64,000 nt of DNA, taken from NCBI GenBank assembly GCA_035084275.1, contig CM068752.1, forward strand, positions 13,082,001 to 13,146,000, read 5' to 3'. Positions 12,701 through 23,545 of this stretch are shown piece by piece. Below the pieces are notes generated by a model. That model did not search any database. It was not told where the DNA came from and saw nothing but the letters and a program-made list of their open reading frames with translations. The stretch is from Hydrolagus colliei (lineage: Eukaryota). Positions within the stretch are counted from its first letter, which is position 1. The number at the start of each line of letters is the position of its first letter. The position numbers and the translations under genes were made by a program.

Positions 12701-14859
12701 TGTACTGTTGGTTCCCAAGTTCAAATCGTTAATGTAATGACTTGATATTATGAACAATAGTGATCCCAATATAGATCCTTGTGCCCACCCTCGGCAGTCT
12801 GAGTAGTTACCTTTTACCCCTGCTCTCTGTTTCCTGTCTTGCAGCCAGCCCGCTATCCATTCTGTTACTTTTCACCTGATTCCACATGCTCTGACCTTGT
12901 TCATTATTCTATTATGTGGTACTTTATCAAACGCCTTTTGGAAATCCAAATATATTACATCTAACGCATTACCCTTGTCTACTCTTTCTGTTACCCCTTC
13001 AAATAATTCAATGAGGTTGGTTAACACATCACTGTGGGTTATGGCAGTCTGGACCAAGGTTTAATTTTCTGTCTCGCCAAAGCTGGAAGCTACCCAGCAA
13101 ATAGAGTTTTCCAGCCCTACATTGAGATTATCTATGATTAGGAGCACTGGGCTAAACCACTGTTATCTCCTCAAAATAAAGGATGTGAAAACCTAATACA
13201 GTAAAAGCTTGGTTATCCGGCAACTGACCAACTGGCACACTCAACCAACCGGTATCTCCCAATACAAGTAAAATTTGAGTATGCACAGTTTTCCCTGCGC
13301 TTATGCTCACTTTGTTGCTTGCGTGCGCATGCACATTTATTAAACTTACCGTACGCGATTTTACTGAGTGCGCTGTTTTCCAGGAACGTAACGCTTTTGG
13401 CAAGGGTTGACTGTACTATTTACATATGCTTTATTGATAAGTATCCATACAATATTCTGCTATTATTTAGTCTATTATTATGGTAAGTTTTAAAATAAGT
13501 AAATTTTTTGTGTAGGATTTTCGGTAACTTGCCGCTTGAATAACCAGCTTATTTGATTAACCGGCACCGGTCAGGTCCCAAGGGTGCCGGATAACAAAGC
13601 TTTTCCTGGAGGATGTCCCAAGTTAATCAACCAAAGCAACACTAGCCATGCCATCATCTGTGATCATTGTCCGAAATATTGCTCAAATTCTCCATTTGTT
13701 AACATGACAATAATAATAATCCTTGCATTTGCTACAGCGCCTTATCACATTGTTGAGACATCTCAAAGCACTTCACAAAATATACTGTGAAGTGAACTGA
13801 CTGTATATTTTGTGGGTGAAACATTTATACTACATTTAGTTCTGTATTTCATCTGTTAAACTGCTGCTAGCTCTTATGAAGTGTGGAGTGACTTGAGAGA
13901 AGGGGCAAAATGTTACAATAAAGAGTTACTCTTAACTGGTGAACTGAAAATCCTTTGATAATAAATGGGAGTAAAGTAGGGCCTGGAGAATTATGTTACT
14001 GAATGCTTAACTCGGCATTTCTAGAAGTATTATTCTAGAAGTATTATTCTAGAAGTATTATTCTAGAAGTATGACTTGAGGTTGCACAGAGAGCACAAGG
14101 ATTTAGATTCTGTGAGAAAACCTATCGCAACACAGATTACATCTTAGAAAGGAGGTTCCCTTGTAAAGTTTACACTTCCGTTTTGCAAATAGACGAAAGC
14201 ATGCTTAACAAGTGTTTTCTTTAGAGAACCAACTGACTGCTCGTAGAGCATCTACCTCACAGAAAGGAAATCAGCGCAAACCCCTTTCCCCATCGTGCCA
14301 AGAAAATTCACTTACATTTTTTAATAGAGAATAGTGGATCTCCACTTTCCATCACCAAGTGGGAAGTCTAGACTGGGCTTTTACATTTACGTGGAATCCC
14401 ATTTCTGACTCCAAAAAATTATAATCATCTGAAGCCCAGTAAAATTGTCTCTGCAGTGTGAGGTGGCTGTCACACTCAGTTCAAGTGAAAAGTGCATCTA
14501 GTCTATGTTTGCTCTTTCCCCACAATGCTGGCAAATTAGAAATTGGACCACTTTTCTGCACTGTTGAAATTGTCATTCAGAAGCAGATGTATGTGAAAGA
14601 TAAGAAAGATAACTTGCATTTATATAGAGTTCTTCAGACCGGGTGGAGAGCGGGAGCACTTGTAATAAGCAGAATATATTACAACTTCATTGACTGTGCT
14701 CAATATTCTGGGTGTTTAAATAGCTTCAGAATAAATTACAGTAAGCCGTCCAAGTCCAAACAACCTTCGCACGGTGAGCTAATCTATTATTTTACAATTA
14801 CTATCACCAATAAAGGAATAGTCCCATCAGACTAGACTTACCTTGTGATCATCTCCCAT
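3699..14859 (-). CDS. arl3l: ARL3-like small GTPase, complete 6-exon gene, 187 aa (join 14842-14859, 9327-9470, 8715-8831, 6706-6756, 5979-6164, 3699-3746)
   Basis: All introns are GT-AG and phase 0. The spliced product [37 protein letters not shown]...[10 protein letters not shown]...FANKQD...[25 protein letters not shown] has the P-loop, switch II, NKxD and SA motifs. The six-residue first exon and the HTYRDR motif resemble the fish arl3-like paralogue (MGEAQKGLL... as I recall it) more than ARL3 proper. Confidence 0.93.
4447..5740 (+). mobile_element. CR1-clade LINE, 5'-truncated (RT C-terminal half and 3' UTR)
   Basis: ORF 4754-5572 with [14 protein letters not shown] and [13 protein letters not shown]. 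3' tail gggccgaatggcctactcctgctcctaattct. Lies in ARL3-like intron 5. Confidence 0.92.
5979..6164 (-). CDS. arl3l: ARL3-like exon 5 ([10 protein letters not shown]...GEGVQ)
   Basis: 186 nt, contains NKQD and CSAL, GTAAAG donor. Confidence 0.97.
6706..6756 (-). CDS. arl3l: ARL3-like exon 4 ([17 protein letters not shown])
   Basis: 51 nt, acag acceptor and GTAAAA donor. Confidence 0.96.
6985..7260 (-). mobile_element. L2 3' fragment
   Basis: (CAA)n tail plus ttacatttctagagcgcct...ccaaggtgct motif. Confidence 0.65.
8715..8831 (-). CDS. arl3l: ARL3-like exon 3 ([39 protein letters not shown])
   Basis: 117 nt, ttcag acceptor, GTGATG donor, switch I/II. Not in the ORF track because it has no start codon. 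Confidence 0.96.
9327..9470 (-). CDS. arl3l: ARL3-like exon 2 (GLLSMLQK...TITPTQ, P-loop)
   Basis: 144 nt, ccag acceptor after a long (CT)n tract, GTAAGA donor, contains GLDNAGKT. Confidence 0.97.
9477..9645. repeat. (GA)n/(CT)n low-complexity tract abutting the ARL3-like exon 2 acceptor
   Basis: Directly visible. Confidence 0.85.
11190..13050 (-). mobile_element. CR1 LINE fragment interrupted by an L2 insertion
   Basis: ORF 12872-13057 with [15 protein letters not shown]1 3' region at 11190-12060. Confidence 0.8.
12110..12627 (+). mobile_element. L2 LINE 3' fragment nested in CR1
   Basis: IQNSA..VL...LHWLPV..RIDFKIL...GGRAFS...LWNSLP; tail gcgctatataaattgaagttgatgttgttg. Confidence 0.85.
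13199..13608. mobile_element. Tigger/pogo-like MITE
   Basis: 24-bp imperfect TIR cagtaaaagcttggttatccggca / tgccggataacaaagcttttcctg, with TA on the left side. Confidence 0.7.
14019..14072. repeat. 14-bp tandem repeat (ttctagaagtatta), about 3.9 copies
   Basis: Directly visible, exact copies. Confidence 0.9.
14842..14859 (-). CDS. arl3l: ARL3-like exon 1 coding part (MGDDHK)
   Basis: aaaATGG Kozak context, ATG GGA GAT GAT CAC AAG followed by a perfect GTAAGT donor. Phase 0 matches exon 2. Confidence 0.8.
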
Positions 14860-14998
14860 TTTAGCACCTTCAGGAATCCTGCTACATTCTACAGGATGAA
14901 GGAGGTTGCAACACCACTGATTTCTGTGCCTTAAATGTCCAGTTGCTGTACCCGCAAACCAGCCTATCTGCGGAGAGCGAGAGAATTAAGGGATCTTA

Positions 14999-15185
14999 AA
15001 TTAGCTACATGTTTCTACATTTACCCACGGGATTAAATTATGGGGATAATCTGTCAGACAGCTGTCACACACAGCAAATCACTTTAACTTTCTGAGCTGC
15101 CCTAATGGGTAAAGAAAGACGGAAGATGGGGATGATAGACTGGCTTTGAGGTCTATGTGACATTTACTTGGGGTATATATAATCC
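14999..15185 (-). promoter_or_regulatory. Putative ARL3-like proximal promoter with homeodomain (CRX/OTX-, RAX-type) sites
   Basis: GGGATTA at 15029-15035, TAATCT at 15047-15052, TAATCC at 15180-15185 and AATTAG at 14999-15004, all 140-330 nt upstream of the ATG. Confidence 0.35.
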
Positions 15186-15440
15186 ATAATGATCGATTAC
15201 AGAATTCCTTAATATGGAAACTAACAGTGCATCATCCAACCAGCGGGAACTCCGCTCTGACCCCATCTAGTTTCAAATCAATACAATTTACATTTATATA
15301 GCACCTTTCACATTGGGATGACACCTCAAAGCATTTGATAATACTCACTAGGCTCCCAAGTTGATGCGGAATCCAAAGGGGGAAAGATGACTGAAGCCCA
15401 GTAAAAATGGTACATCTAGTTTCTATAAATGAAATTAAGT

Positions 15441-15795
15441 CTTGTAGCTCATTGTTTAGAGCATTCGCTTCGCAAGTGAAAGACCTGGATTTGATTCCCA
15501 GCAGGGCGAAACGTTGGGCAAGTTTCCTTACTCCACATGCTACTGTTAACCTAGCAGTAATTAGGAACCTGGTTGTTAGTCGATTGCCGGATCATTATCT
15601 GGGGTAATACTTCCATAAAAAAGATAATATATTCACCAATCCACAACTATTTGTGGGATATTGCTTTGCGCAATTGGCTGCCATGATTCGATCCCAAATA
15701 TGCAATCAATTCATTTTACAATATATTCTGTGAAACGCTTTGAGATGCATTGATGTGATAAGGTGCTATTTCAAATGCAAAGAATATTATTATTA
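15441..15795 (+). mobile_element. tRNA-head / Deu-domain / L2-tail SINE
   Basis: tagctcattg A box, gtgggatattgctttgcgcaattggctgcc Deu core, caaatgcaaagaatattatt tail. Confidence 0.75.
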
Positions 15796-17011
15796 CGAAT
15801 GATTCCGTTGAAGGTACTGAGGGTTTCCATGTTGATATATATCAGTGCTAAATTCTGGTTCTACAGGTTCATTGTTGGAGGCACAATTGGACGCTGCACA
15901 TATTATGCTTTCAAATAGTAACTGAGATACACCTAGACAGCACGATAAGAAAGCATAGGGTTAGGGTGAGAGTTTAGGAACAGATACCAAGAATTATTTA
16001 TTTATATAAAGTTAATTAATATCTGGGTGATATTGGATTAATTTAAGAAACAACTTGTTCCTGCACAATTGTCATTCTGACATGATCCAATGATTATCAT
16101 CCGTCTCAAATCCTGCATCTTTCAGGTGGATGGTGGGGGAATCACCACCTTCCTTTGGAAACATTTAATATTCTAATAATCTGTGTGAGAAACATTTCTT
16201 CTAAAATCCTCTTAATTCTTCTCATGATAATCCTGATCTTTGTAGACATGGCAGTTATTCCTATGGGTGTAGTTCTCTCAGGCTATCAGTGATGGTTCTC
16301 TGTTTGATTTATCCTCATTGGGAATCATTTACTCTGGGATAAGTTTAACTTCAGACCTCAGGTTGGTGTTGATAGAGCTGTTGGATCATTTAACTTTCTG
16401 AACATCTCACTAAGTACAAGTGCCAGATGTCAGATGGACATGTCACCTGTCAATTTGCTTAATATGTGTTTAAACTGTATTTTAATTCTGTAAAATGTAA
16501 AGGGATTTTTAAAGGCTTAAAGCACACAAATGAATTACAAGAGTTATTTCTTTACAAAGAGGTAACTAACATTTGGGTAGTGGAGGTCAGTACACTGGAT
16601 TCACTTAAAAAACCTGATGCTGTAAATTTGGTATTCAGATGGGATCCAACCGAAACTAATTTGGAAGCTAATGGAATCTATCTTGTGACTGTTTTCAGCC
16701 TCAAATACTGTCTGTTGCGTCAGGAGTCAGGCCTATGAGTTCTTTGTGTTGTTAACGGTCCAGTCCTCCAGGACTCCTACTTCTTCCAATAATTACCCCA
16801 AGTTTCTTGAGAATGTAACCTGGTTTATGCACCTAACCCATTGTGAGTATGCGTCTAAGGGGTTAAGGGTTACCAAATATCTCAGTATTTTACATTAAAT
16901 AAACACTGCTGGACTCTGAACAATGGATAGTACCACACAGATCTGATAATATATTGGATATTATATTGCAGTCTAATAAATATACAAATCTCATATACTA
17001 GAACAATAATT

Positions 17012-17017
17012 TTTATT
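17012..17017 (-). terminator. Polyadenylation signal, paralogue A
   Basis: AATAAA at the orthologous position in all three paralogues. Confidence 0.55.
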
Positions 17018-17652
17018 TATGCTGCATAGTACATTTCACAAAAAATGTTTTCTCAAAAATAAAATTCTGTAAAAATGAAAGTTATCACATAAGCAAAAGT
17101 GGCAGCTAATTTGCATCAAAACCACCCCATAAACAGCGAGATAACAATCCTTGCATTTGCTATAGCACAACATCAAATCAATGGACCAATAATAAGCTGC
17201 ATTTATATAGCGTCTTTCACGTCCAAAAACATCTCAATTCCCAAAGAGCATCATAATACTTACTGTCAATTGGAGGAACTATTTATTTGTAGGTGAAGAG
17301 TGTTGGGCAATTAATTTACAGGTGAGGAAAGTTTGGATGAATATAAATCAGGAGAAAAAGTCTATCTTACTTTGAAATAGCAAAAATTGGCTGAATCGCA
17401 AAGCAGAGGAAACTGGGAAAATGATTTACCTGCTTAAAATGTTTTTCTAAATGACAACACTTCCGTTTCAAATCACTTTGATTTTTCACCTCCTTTCATA
17501 GCTGTTCACATTCAGTACCTTTGTGTGTGGTGTTCCATGTCTCTGTGACACGTTAGCCATAGAGTCGTGGAATGGTTACCTCACTTCAGGCCATCTTGTT
17601 CATCATCTCTGCTGTGGTCCTCCCTGCCCCAATGGAGCTATCTCTCTAACCC

Positions 17653-18198
17653 CAACAACAACAACAACAACAACAACAATTTACATTTATAGAGCGCCTT
17701 TCACGTCGGGAGGACGTCCCAAGGCGTTGAACAGGAGGCGTGTGACCCGAGCTGGGAGGGGAGTGTTTGGGAAGGGGTGAAACACGAAGGGGAGGTAAAA
17801 GAGTTCGGGGTGGAACAAAAGGCACGATCGAAGAGGAAAGTCTTCAAACCGGCCTTGAAAGAGGAAAGGGAAGAGACGAAACGGAGGGATTGAGGGATGG
17901 CATTCCATAAGGTGGGAGCGGAGAAACTGAAGGCCCGGCCTCCGATGGTGGGGCGGTTTGGGCGGGGGGCTTGGAGCAGGCCAAGTCCTGTTGAACGGAG
18001 GGTTCGGGTGGGCGTGTAGGGGGAGAGTAGATCGGTTAACTAGGATGGGGCAAGGCCGTGTAAGGCCTTGTAGGTGAGGACGAGGATCTTAAACTCGATC
18101 CTCTGGAGGATGGGGAGCCAGTGGAGACGGGCGAGGGTGGGGGTTATGTGGTCGCGGAGGCGGGTGCGGGATAGTACACGGGTTGCAGAGTTTTGGAT
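17653..18198 (-). mobile_element. Young L2 LINE 3' fragment in the paralogue A 3' UTR
   Basis: Near-identical to 37218-37730, (CAA)9 tail. The orthologous site in B (~44350-44365) is empty. Confidence 0.9.
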
Positions 18199-18770
18199 GA
18201 TTATCTGATGTTACCTTATCAAGTCTATGCTGTGGCCAACTCCCTTAATTCTCTAATTCCATTCCGTGCCCTTTCTCTACACCTTTTAATAATATTTTCG
18301 TTTTGTTTCCAATTAAATATCGTTATGCACTTTGGTTCAGAGGAAGTAAGGCATTCCTGGGGTAAAGTTCCACCTGGATCTAGATTTACTCTGCTAACAT
18401 AGCATTTAAGAGAGTTCAGAATAGTTCAGAAGTTTGGTAAATTGTCAAATACAGTTTAAAATTTTGAAGTCGATTTTCTGTTAAGAACTGACGGTAATAC
18501 GAAAATCTGACAATACTTCCACAATTCCATTTAATATCATACATAGTGTACCTTCATAAAAATCCTCTCTGAGATGTCTCTTTTCAAATCTGATTGTAAT
18601 ACCAATTTCTGAAGTGTGTTTTGACATTACAGAAGCTATAAAGAAGCAAAGCTGTTCTTTCTATCATCATCGTTAGAATTAGGAGTAATATTGGAACTTC
18701 ATTGCTACTGGCTGCAAATCAAGCCTAAGGAGCAAAACATGGAAAATGTCTGTTTTTTTTTTATTAAAGC

Positions 18771-18968
18771 TTATTTTACTCGCAAAGTGGAATAAATAAT
18801 TTGTTCTGAATCATATTCTGCTGGTTTCAGTGCCTCTGCCTGTTTAGTAAACTGGATGGCAGAGTACACCAAACAGGCTTCAGAATCCTCGTCAGCATTC
18901 TGAGATGCATTCACTGCTGGCTGCTTGCACTCCTCTTCTGGCTCAGCACCTCCACGCCTTGCTTTTGG
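18771..18968 (-). CDS. Paralogue A terminal exon with ITIMs LVYSAI and IIYSTL
   Basis: ctaac branch point, aaccag acceptor, 65 codons plus TAA. Confidence 0.88.
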   Translation of the reverse strand, partial: PKARRGGAEPEEECKQPAVNASQNADEDSEACLVYSAIQFTKQAEALKPAEYDSEQIIYSTLRVK

Positions 18969-20558
18969 CTGGTTAATCATAGCAGAGTGATTGTTAGACG
19001 TTATGTAGATGTGAAGACAAAATTAGTTATTAAAGGGGATGATAAAACATATTTCTTGGCACACAGGAAGGTGAGAATATTAAATGGTTTGCCACAAACC
19101 ACAAAGTTTCAAAAATTAATTAATTGCTTGAGAGGCAGGGCTATTTCAGGACACTATCCAACTGAACATCAACAAGATGGAAGCCATACTCTTTCACATC
19201 TGTCAACATCTTCTATCCTTTGGCTCTGACCTCCCCATCCTCCTTGGCGTTTTGCTAAGACTTACCAAATCTGTGCGTAACTAGTCATCAGGTTTGACCC
19301 CCAGGTTTCCTTCAACCCCCACATCTGGTCCCTAACTAACTTTCCTCCATCTCCTTCAGATTGCATGCTGCACACTATTCTCACCATCCTGTGTGCCAAG
19401 AAATATGTTTATCATCCCCTTTAATAACCAATTTTTGTCATTTCAGTCCACGACTGTTTGTGGGACACTGATATGCACAATTGGCTGTTGCATTTCACCC
19501 ACAAATATACAGTCAATTCACTTTACAGTATAGTCTGTGAAGCTCTTTGAGATGTCTAGAAGACATGAAAAGCACAATATCAAAATGCAAGGATTATTAT
19601 TATTATTGATGGCCCCTGGGTTTGGTCTCCCCCACAAGTAGAAACGTCTTTTCATTGTCTACCCTATCAACCCTTAATTTTAAAGACCTGTATTAGGACC
19701 CCCTTATCCTTCTTTTTCAAGAGAAAGGAGACCAAGCTTGTCAGTCTTTCCTGATAGGTATAACCTTGCAGTTCTAGGACCATCCTTGTAAATCTCCTTT
19801 GCACCTTCTCCAGCCCTTTTATATCCTCTCTATAATATGGTGACCAGAACTATATTCTCACGCACACTAAACTTACACCCTCATCTCACCACTCCTCATA
19901 AGGTTTGAGTAGCTCAGGGTCATAGAACAGATCGAGTTCAAGATCCTCTCACACATCTACAAATCCCTTCAGCCCCTGACCTCATCTTTCTGACCTAATT
20001 TCTCCTCACTCCACTACCCGCTGCCATCACTCAGCTGGCTATAGCTGCCAGCTTGTCTTTCGTCCCTTTGGCACCACCATTGATGGAAGCACTTTCAGTC
20101 AGTAGACCTGAAGCTTTGGAACTATCTGCACAATTCCTCTACTTCGCCATCTCCTTCCTCTCTTTTACGCTTTGAAACCCCATCCTACAACACCTTCGCC
20201 TTGCTCCCTCCCTTGCTTCCTTCAAGGCCGGTCTGAAGACCCTCCTTTTCGACCGTACCTTCAGCCGCTCGCCGACCCTCATCCCAACACTGCCCCCACC
20301 CTCCCAATGCTCGGTTCCTGACCCCCTGACTGTTCAGAGCACTGGGACATGCTCCACATGAAAGGCTCTCTACAAATGTAATATTTCTGTTGTTGTTTCA
20401 GATCACAACAGAAGACCTTCCTTCTCAACTGTACTTATGGTTACCTCCATCTTCCACTCTGCTTAGCCTCAGACTTTGCTAAGCGCACCAAGACATTGCC
20501 TGCCATTAATTGGGCTAATATAAAGCACAATGTTTTATGTTATTTAATATTGATTCAC

Positions 20559-20750
20559 CTTTATGTTACTATATATACTTTCTTCCTCATCTGGATTAGC
20601 TGCTTTGGAATGCTCTGGCTTGTTGTGGATGGAGAAACCATCCAAAAAATTGTCTCCTGGCTCCTCCTTAGTTGGTGCCGATGTTCCCATGACATTTTCA
20701 CAGTTACACTCTTCCTTGTGTTTGTTGTCCTCTTCAATCAACCGGTCATC
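20559..20750 (-). CDS. Paralogue A cytoplasmic exon 2 with ITIM-like SIYSNI
   Basis: 192 nt, phase 0-0, DDRLIEE...EESIYSNIK. Confidence 0.85.
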
Positions 20751-21384
20751 CTGCCAACAACATAATAATTACAATCTTTCTATACAGGGAAATATAAAAC
20801 AGGCATGTTGAGCGCTGAAAGGGCCATTCAGCCTTTGTCTGTGTCACACTACTGGTTCTCTAAATTGCCCTGTTTTGAAAATTATTCCAACTTTCCAGCT
20901 CTTTCTCCCTTAATATTTTCATTGCTCGGGTGCTTATCTAATTTCCTTCTGAACAATTCTACTAATCCAACCTAAAAGGACCACTTGTCATAAAGAGCGC
21001 CAGATCTTATCAACAACACCCTTGACTTATGCCCTTTATGCTGGGTAGCAACTCAGAGCGCTTAACAATAGTGGAGCTTGATAACGCGCCAGGGGGAGAG
21101 GTAGGTGGCTGATTGAAGGAGATGGTCTTCGGGTATAATGTGAACATGAACAAGGAGGTGCAGAGATTCACGCAGAGACTTGCAGAGTCTGTTTGAATCA
21201 ATCTAATGGTTGCTCATTTCACCTCACTGATCTGATGAGGAACCTTTGTGTATAGTATAATATTGTATTGTCAACTATCCTTCAAACTTTACATCTGGTT
21301 TTCACTTCTCTAGCATATCTCACCTTGCCAACGTTTCTTGCCACTGCCAGTATTTCTACCCCCAGGCTGCTTCGACCCTTATTC

Positions 21385-21865
21385 AACAACAACTTCAATT
21401 TATATAGTGCCCTCCACACTCGATGGTATCTCAGCGCTTCACAATAATGGATCCTGGGCCAGGGAGAGGGGGAAAAAGGTGATCGAAGGCGTGGTCGAAA
21501 AGAAGGTCTTCAGCTGAGACCTGAAACTGGGAAGAGATGGGGGCAAGACAAAGGGATTGAGGAAGGGAATTCCAGAGCTTCGGGGCATAATAGCTGAAAG
21601 CATGGCTGCCGATGATGGAGCGGAGGAATCGGGGGACAAGGAGGAGACCAGAACCAGAGGAACAAAGGCGACGGGTACTGTGTTGGGGAGAGAGGTCAGA
21701 GAGATAGCAGGGTACAGAGGGGTGGAGAGACTTGAAAACAAGAGTGAGGATCTTGAAATTGACAGGGAGCCAGTGAAGTCTGGCAAGCACTGGGGTAATC
21801 GGGGAGCGAAGTTTGGTGCAGGTGAGAACGCGAGCGGCAGAGTTCTGAAACATGCGTTCATCTAC
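21385..21865 (-). mobile_element. L2 3' fragment
   Basis: FQNSAARVL...LHWLPV...LWNSLP in ORF 21431-22189. Confidence 0.8.
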
Positions 21866-22381
21866 TTCAGGTTCGACTATTCCAATGCTCTGTTCACTGT
21901 ACTTTGTAGCGTAGGTCCTCTTCTGGGCTAGGAACTGTGAGCACATTACTCCCAGCCTCACATACCTCCACTGGGTCCGTATCTCCAAGTGAATCAAGAA
22001 TCTTATCCTCGCATTCAAATGCCTCCACTGCCTTGCTCCACTACTTCCGTGACTAACTGTCATCCTACTGCCCCCTCTAATGCACCTGAGGCATGTCCCC
22101 TGCCATCCCCTATCCGCTAGTGGTGGGTGAGCTTTAGCGCTGCCCCATTTCTCTGAAGTTCTATTCCAGAATCCTCTATTCCAGGTCAATCAGAGTACTG
22201 TACTTCACTCATGGCTCTTCTGACAACAGCTAATTCAGCATAGACCACAAAGAATCACAGGAAAGGAGTGACTATCACTGCTCAATGATAGACCGATCAG
22301 TGCATTTCACTCTGAGCCACTGAGAGAGAGAGAATCCACCTCAATTATTTAACAATTAAAATGAGTAACATCTTCACATAC

Positions 22382-22443
22382 CTGAATGGAATTTGGAAAT
22401 TTATGGACCTTCATGACTTGGGAATCATCATTTAGCTGTTTGA
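22382..22443 (-). CDS. Paralogue A cytoplasmic exon 1 (IKQLNDDSQVMKVHKFPNSIQ)
   Basis: 62 nt, phase 1-0, ccatcag acceptor, GTATGT donor. Homologous to 50119-50180. Confidence 0.8.
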
Positions 22444-22862
22444 CTGATGGAATAAAACAAAATTATTGGTACTTTTAGTTTAGGATTGACCATTGAGCAA
22501 GATTGAACAAAGCAATTTGCAAGAACAAACGTAAATGACGTACAAACGTACAGTAATTAATTTGGATGATTGTGTCATATTTATTGTTATTGGGAACTTG
22601 CCCATATTGTCAGTTGCTGTTATATAATGACATGAAAATCAGTAATAATAAATGTAAGGATTATTGTTAATAATAAGGATTATTACTGTGGTCTCAATGG
22701 GTGAGGGATTGAACGCAGGATTTTATCAGGTAATTAACTAAGCCAAGCTGCCACTTTGGTTGAGCAGAATCGAAGTGCCGTCAGTGTGTATATATAAGTT
22801 TCATCAGATATTGGTCTGAGTTCTGTAAACATGGGTATAGAAGAGTGATAGACAAGACTTAC

Positions 22863-22964
22863 TTTGGTTTCGTTGTTTTATACAAAATGCTAGTACCACA
22901 GTCAAGAGAAGGACCAAGACTAGATTAACTCCGACAGTTATTAACAGAAATTTTCCTGGTTGAC
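22863..22964 (-). CDS. Paralogue A transmembrane exon (CQPGKFLLITVGVNLVLVLLLTVVLAFCIKQRNQ)
   Basis: 102 nt, ggcag acceptor, GTAAGT donor, hydrophobic stretch followed by basic residues. Homologous to 50473-50574. Confidence 0.88.
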
Positions 22965-23204
22965 CTGCCAATATAAATAGTTCTGATCAACACACTTATA
23001 GCAAAGCTTTGTAGAAATAAGATTCTAAGGATTATTATTATTTTTATTATTATATTATGGATTAATAAGGGCCAACACGGTACTAACACAACAAGGACAA
23101 CAACAAAATTATATTTGTATAGTGAGTGCTTTGAGTACGATAATGTTGGCAAATATATTATAAACAAAAATGCATAAAAAGGCCAACTTCCAAGTCATCA
23201 GATC

Positions 23205-23545
23205 ACTACAAAACCAACAAATTACATTTATAGAGCGCGTTTCACATCGGGAGGATATCCCAAGATGCTGAACAATCATGTGTTGAGGCCCGAGCATGGG
23301 GGACAGGCAAGGTAGGGATGTATGGAGGGAGAGAGGTTGGAGGGTGGCTGCAGGCATGATTGAAAAGGAGGGTCTTGAGACTGGCCTTGAAGTAAGCAAG
23401 GAGACTGTGGGATTGAGTTCCAGAGTGTGTGGGCAGAGAGACTGAAAGCCCAACCGTTGATGGTAGGTGGGTCGGGCGGGAGGGAGGGAGACATTAGCGG
23501 ACCGGAGCCCGCTGAACGGAGGGGCAGACAGGTTGGCAGAGTTGC
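23205..23545 (-). mobile_element. L2 3' fragment
   Basis: ttacatttatagagcgcg...ggaggatatcccaag tail motif. Confidence 0.7.

Noticed and set aside
21010-21201. ORF similar between A and B (47108-47368), suggesting an extra tail exon
   Set aside because: There are no matching splice sites or phase, the frames differ between copies, and the sequence resembles an old shared L2/SINE tail.
22863-22964. Paralogue A as an activating (DAP12-coupled) receptor
   Set aside because: There is no Lys or Arg within the hydrophobic core (only an Asn), and the ITIMs are retained.
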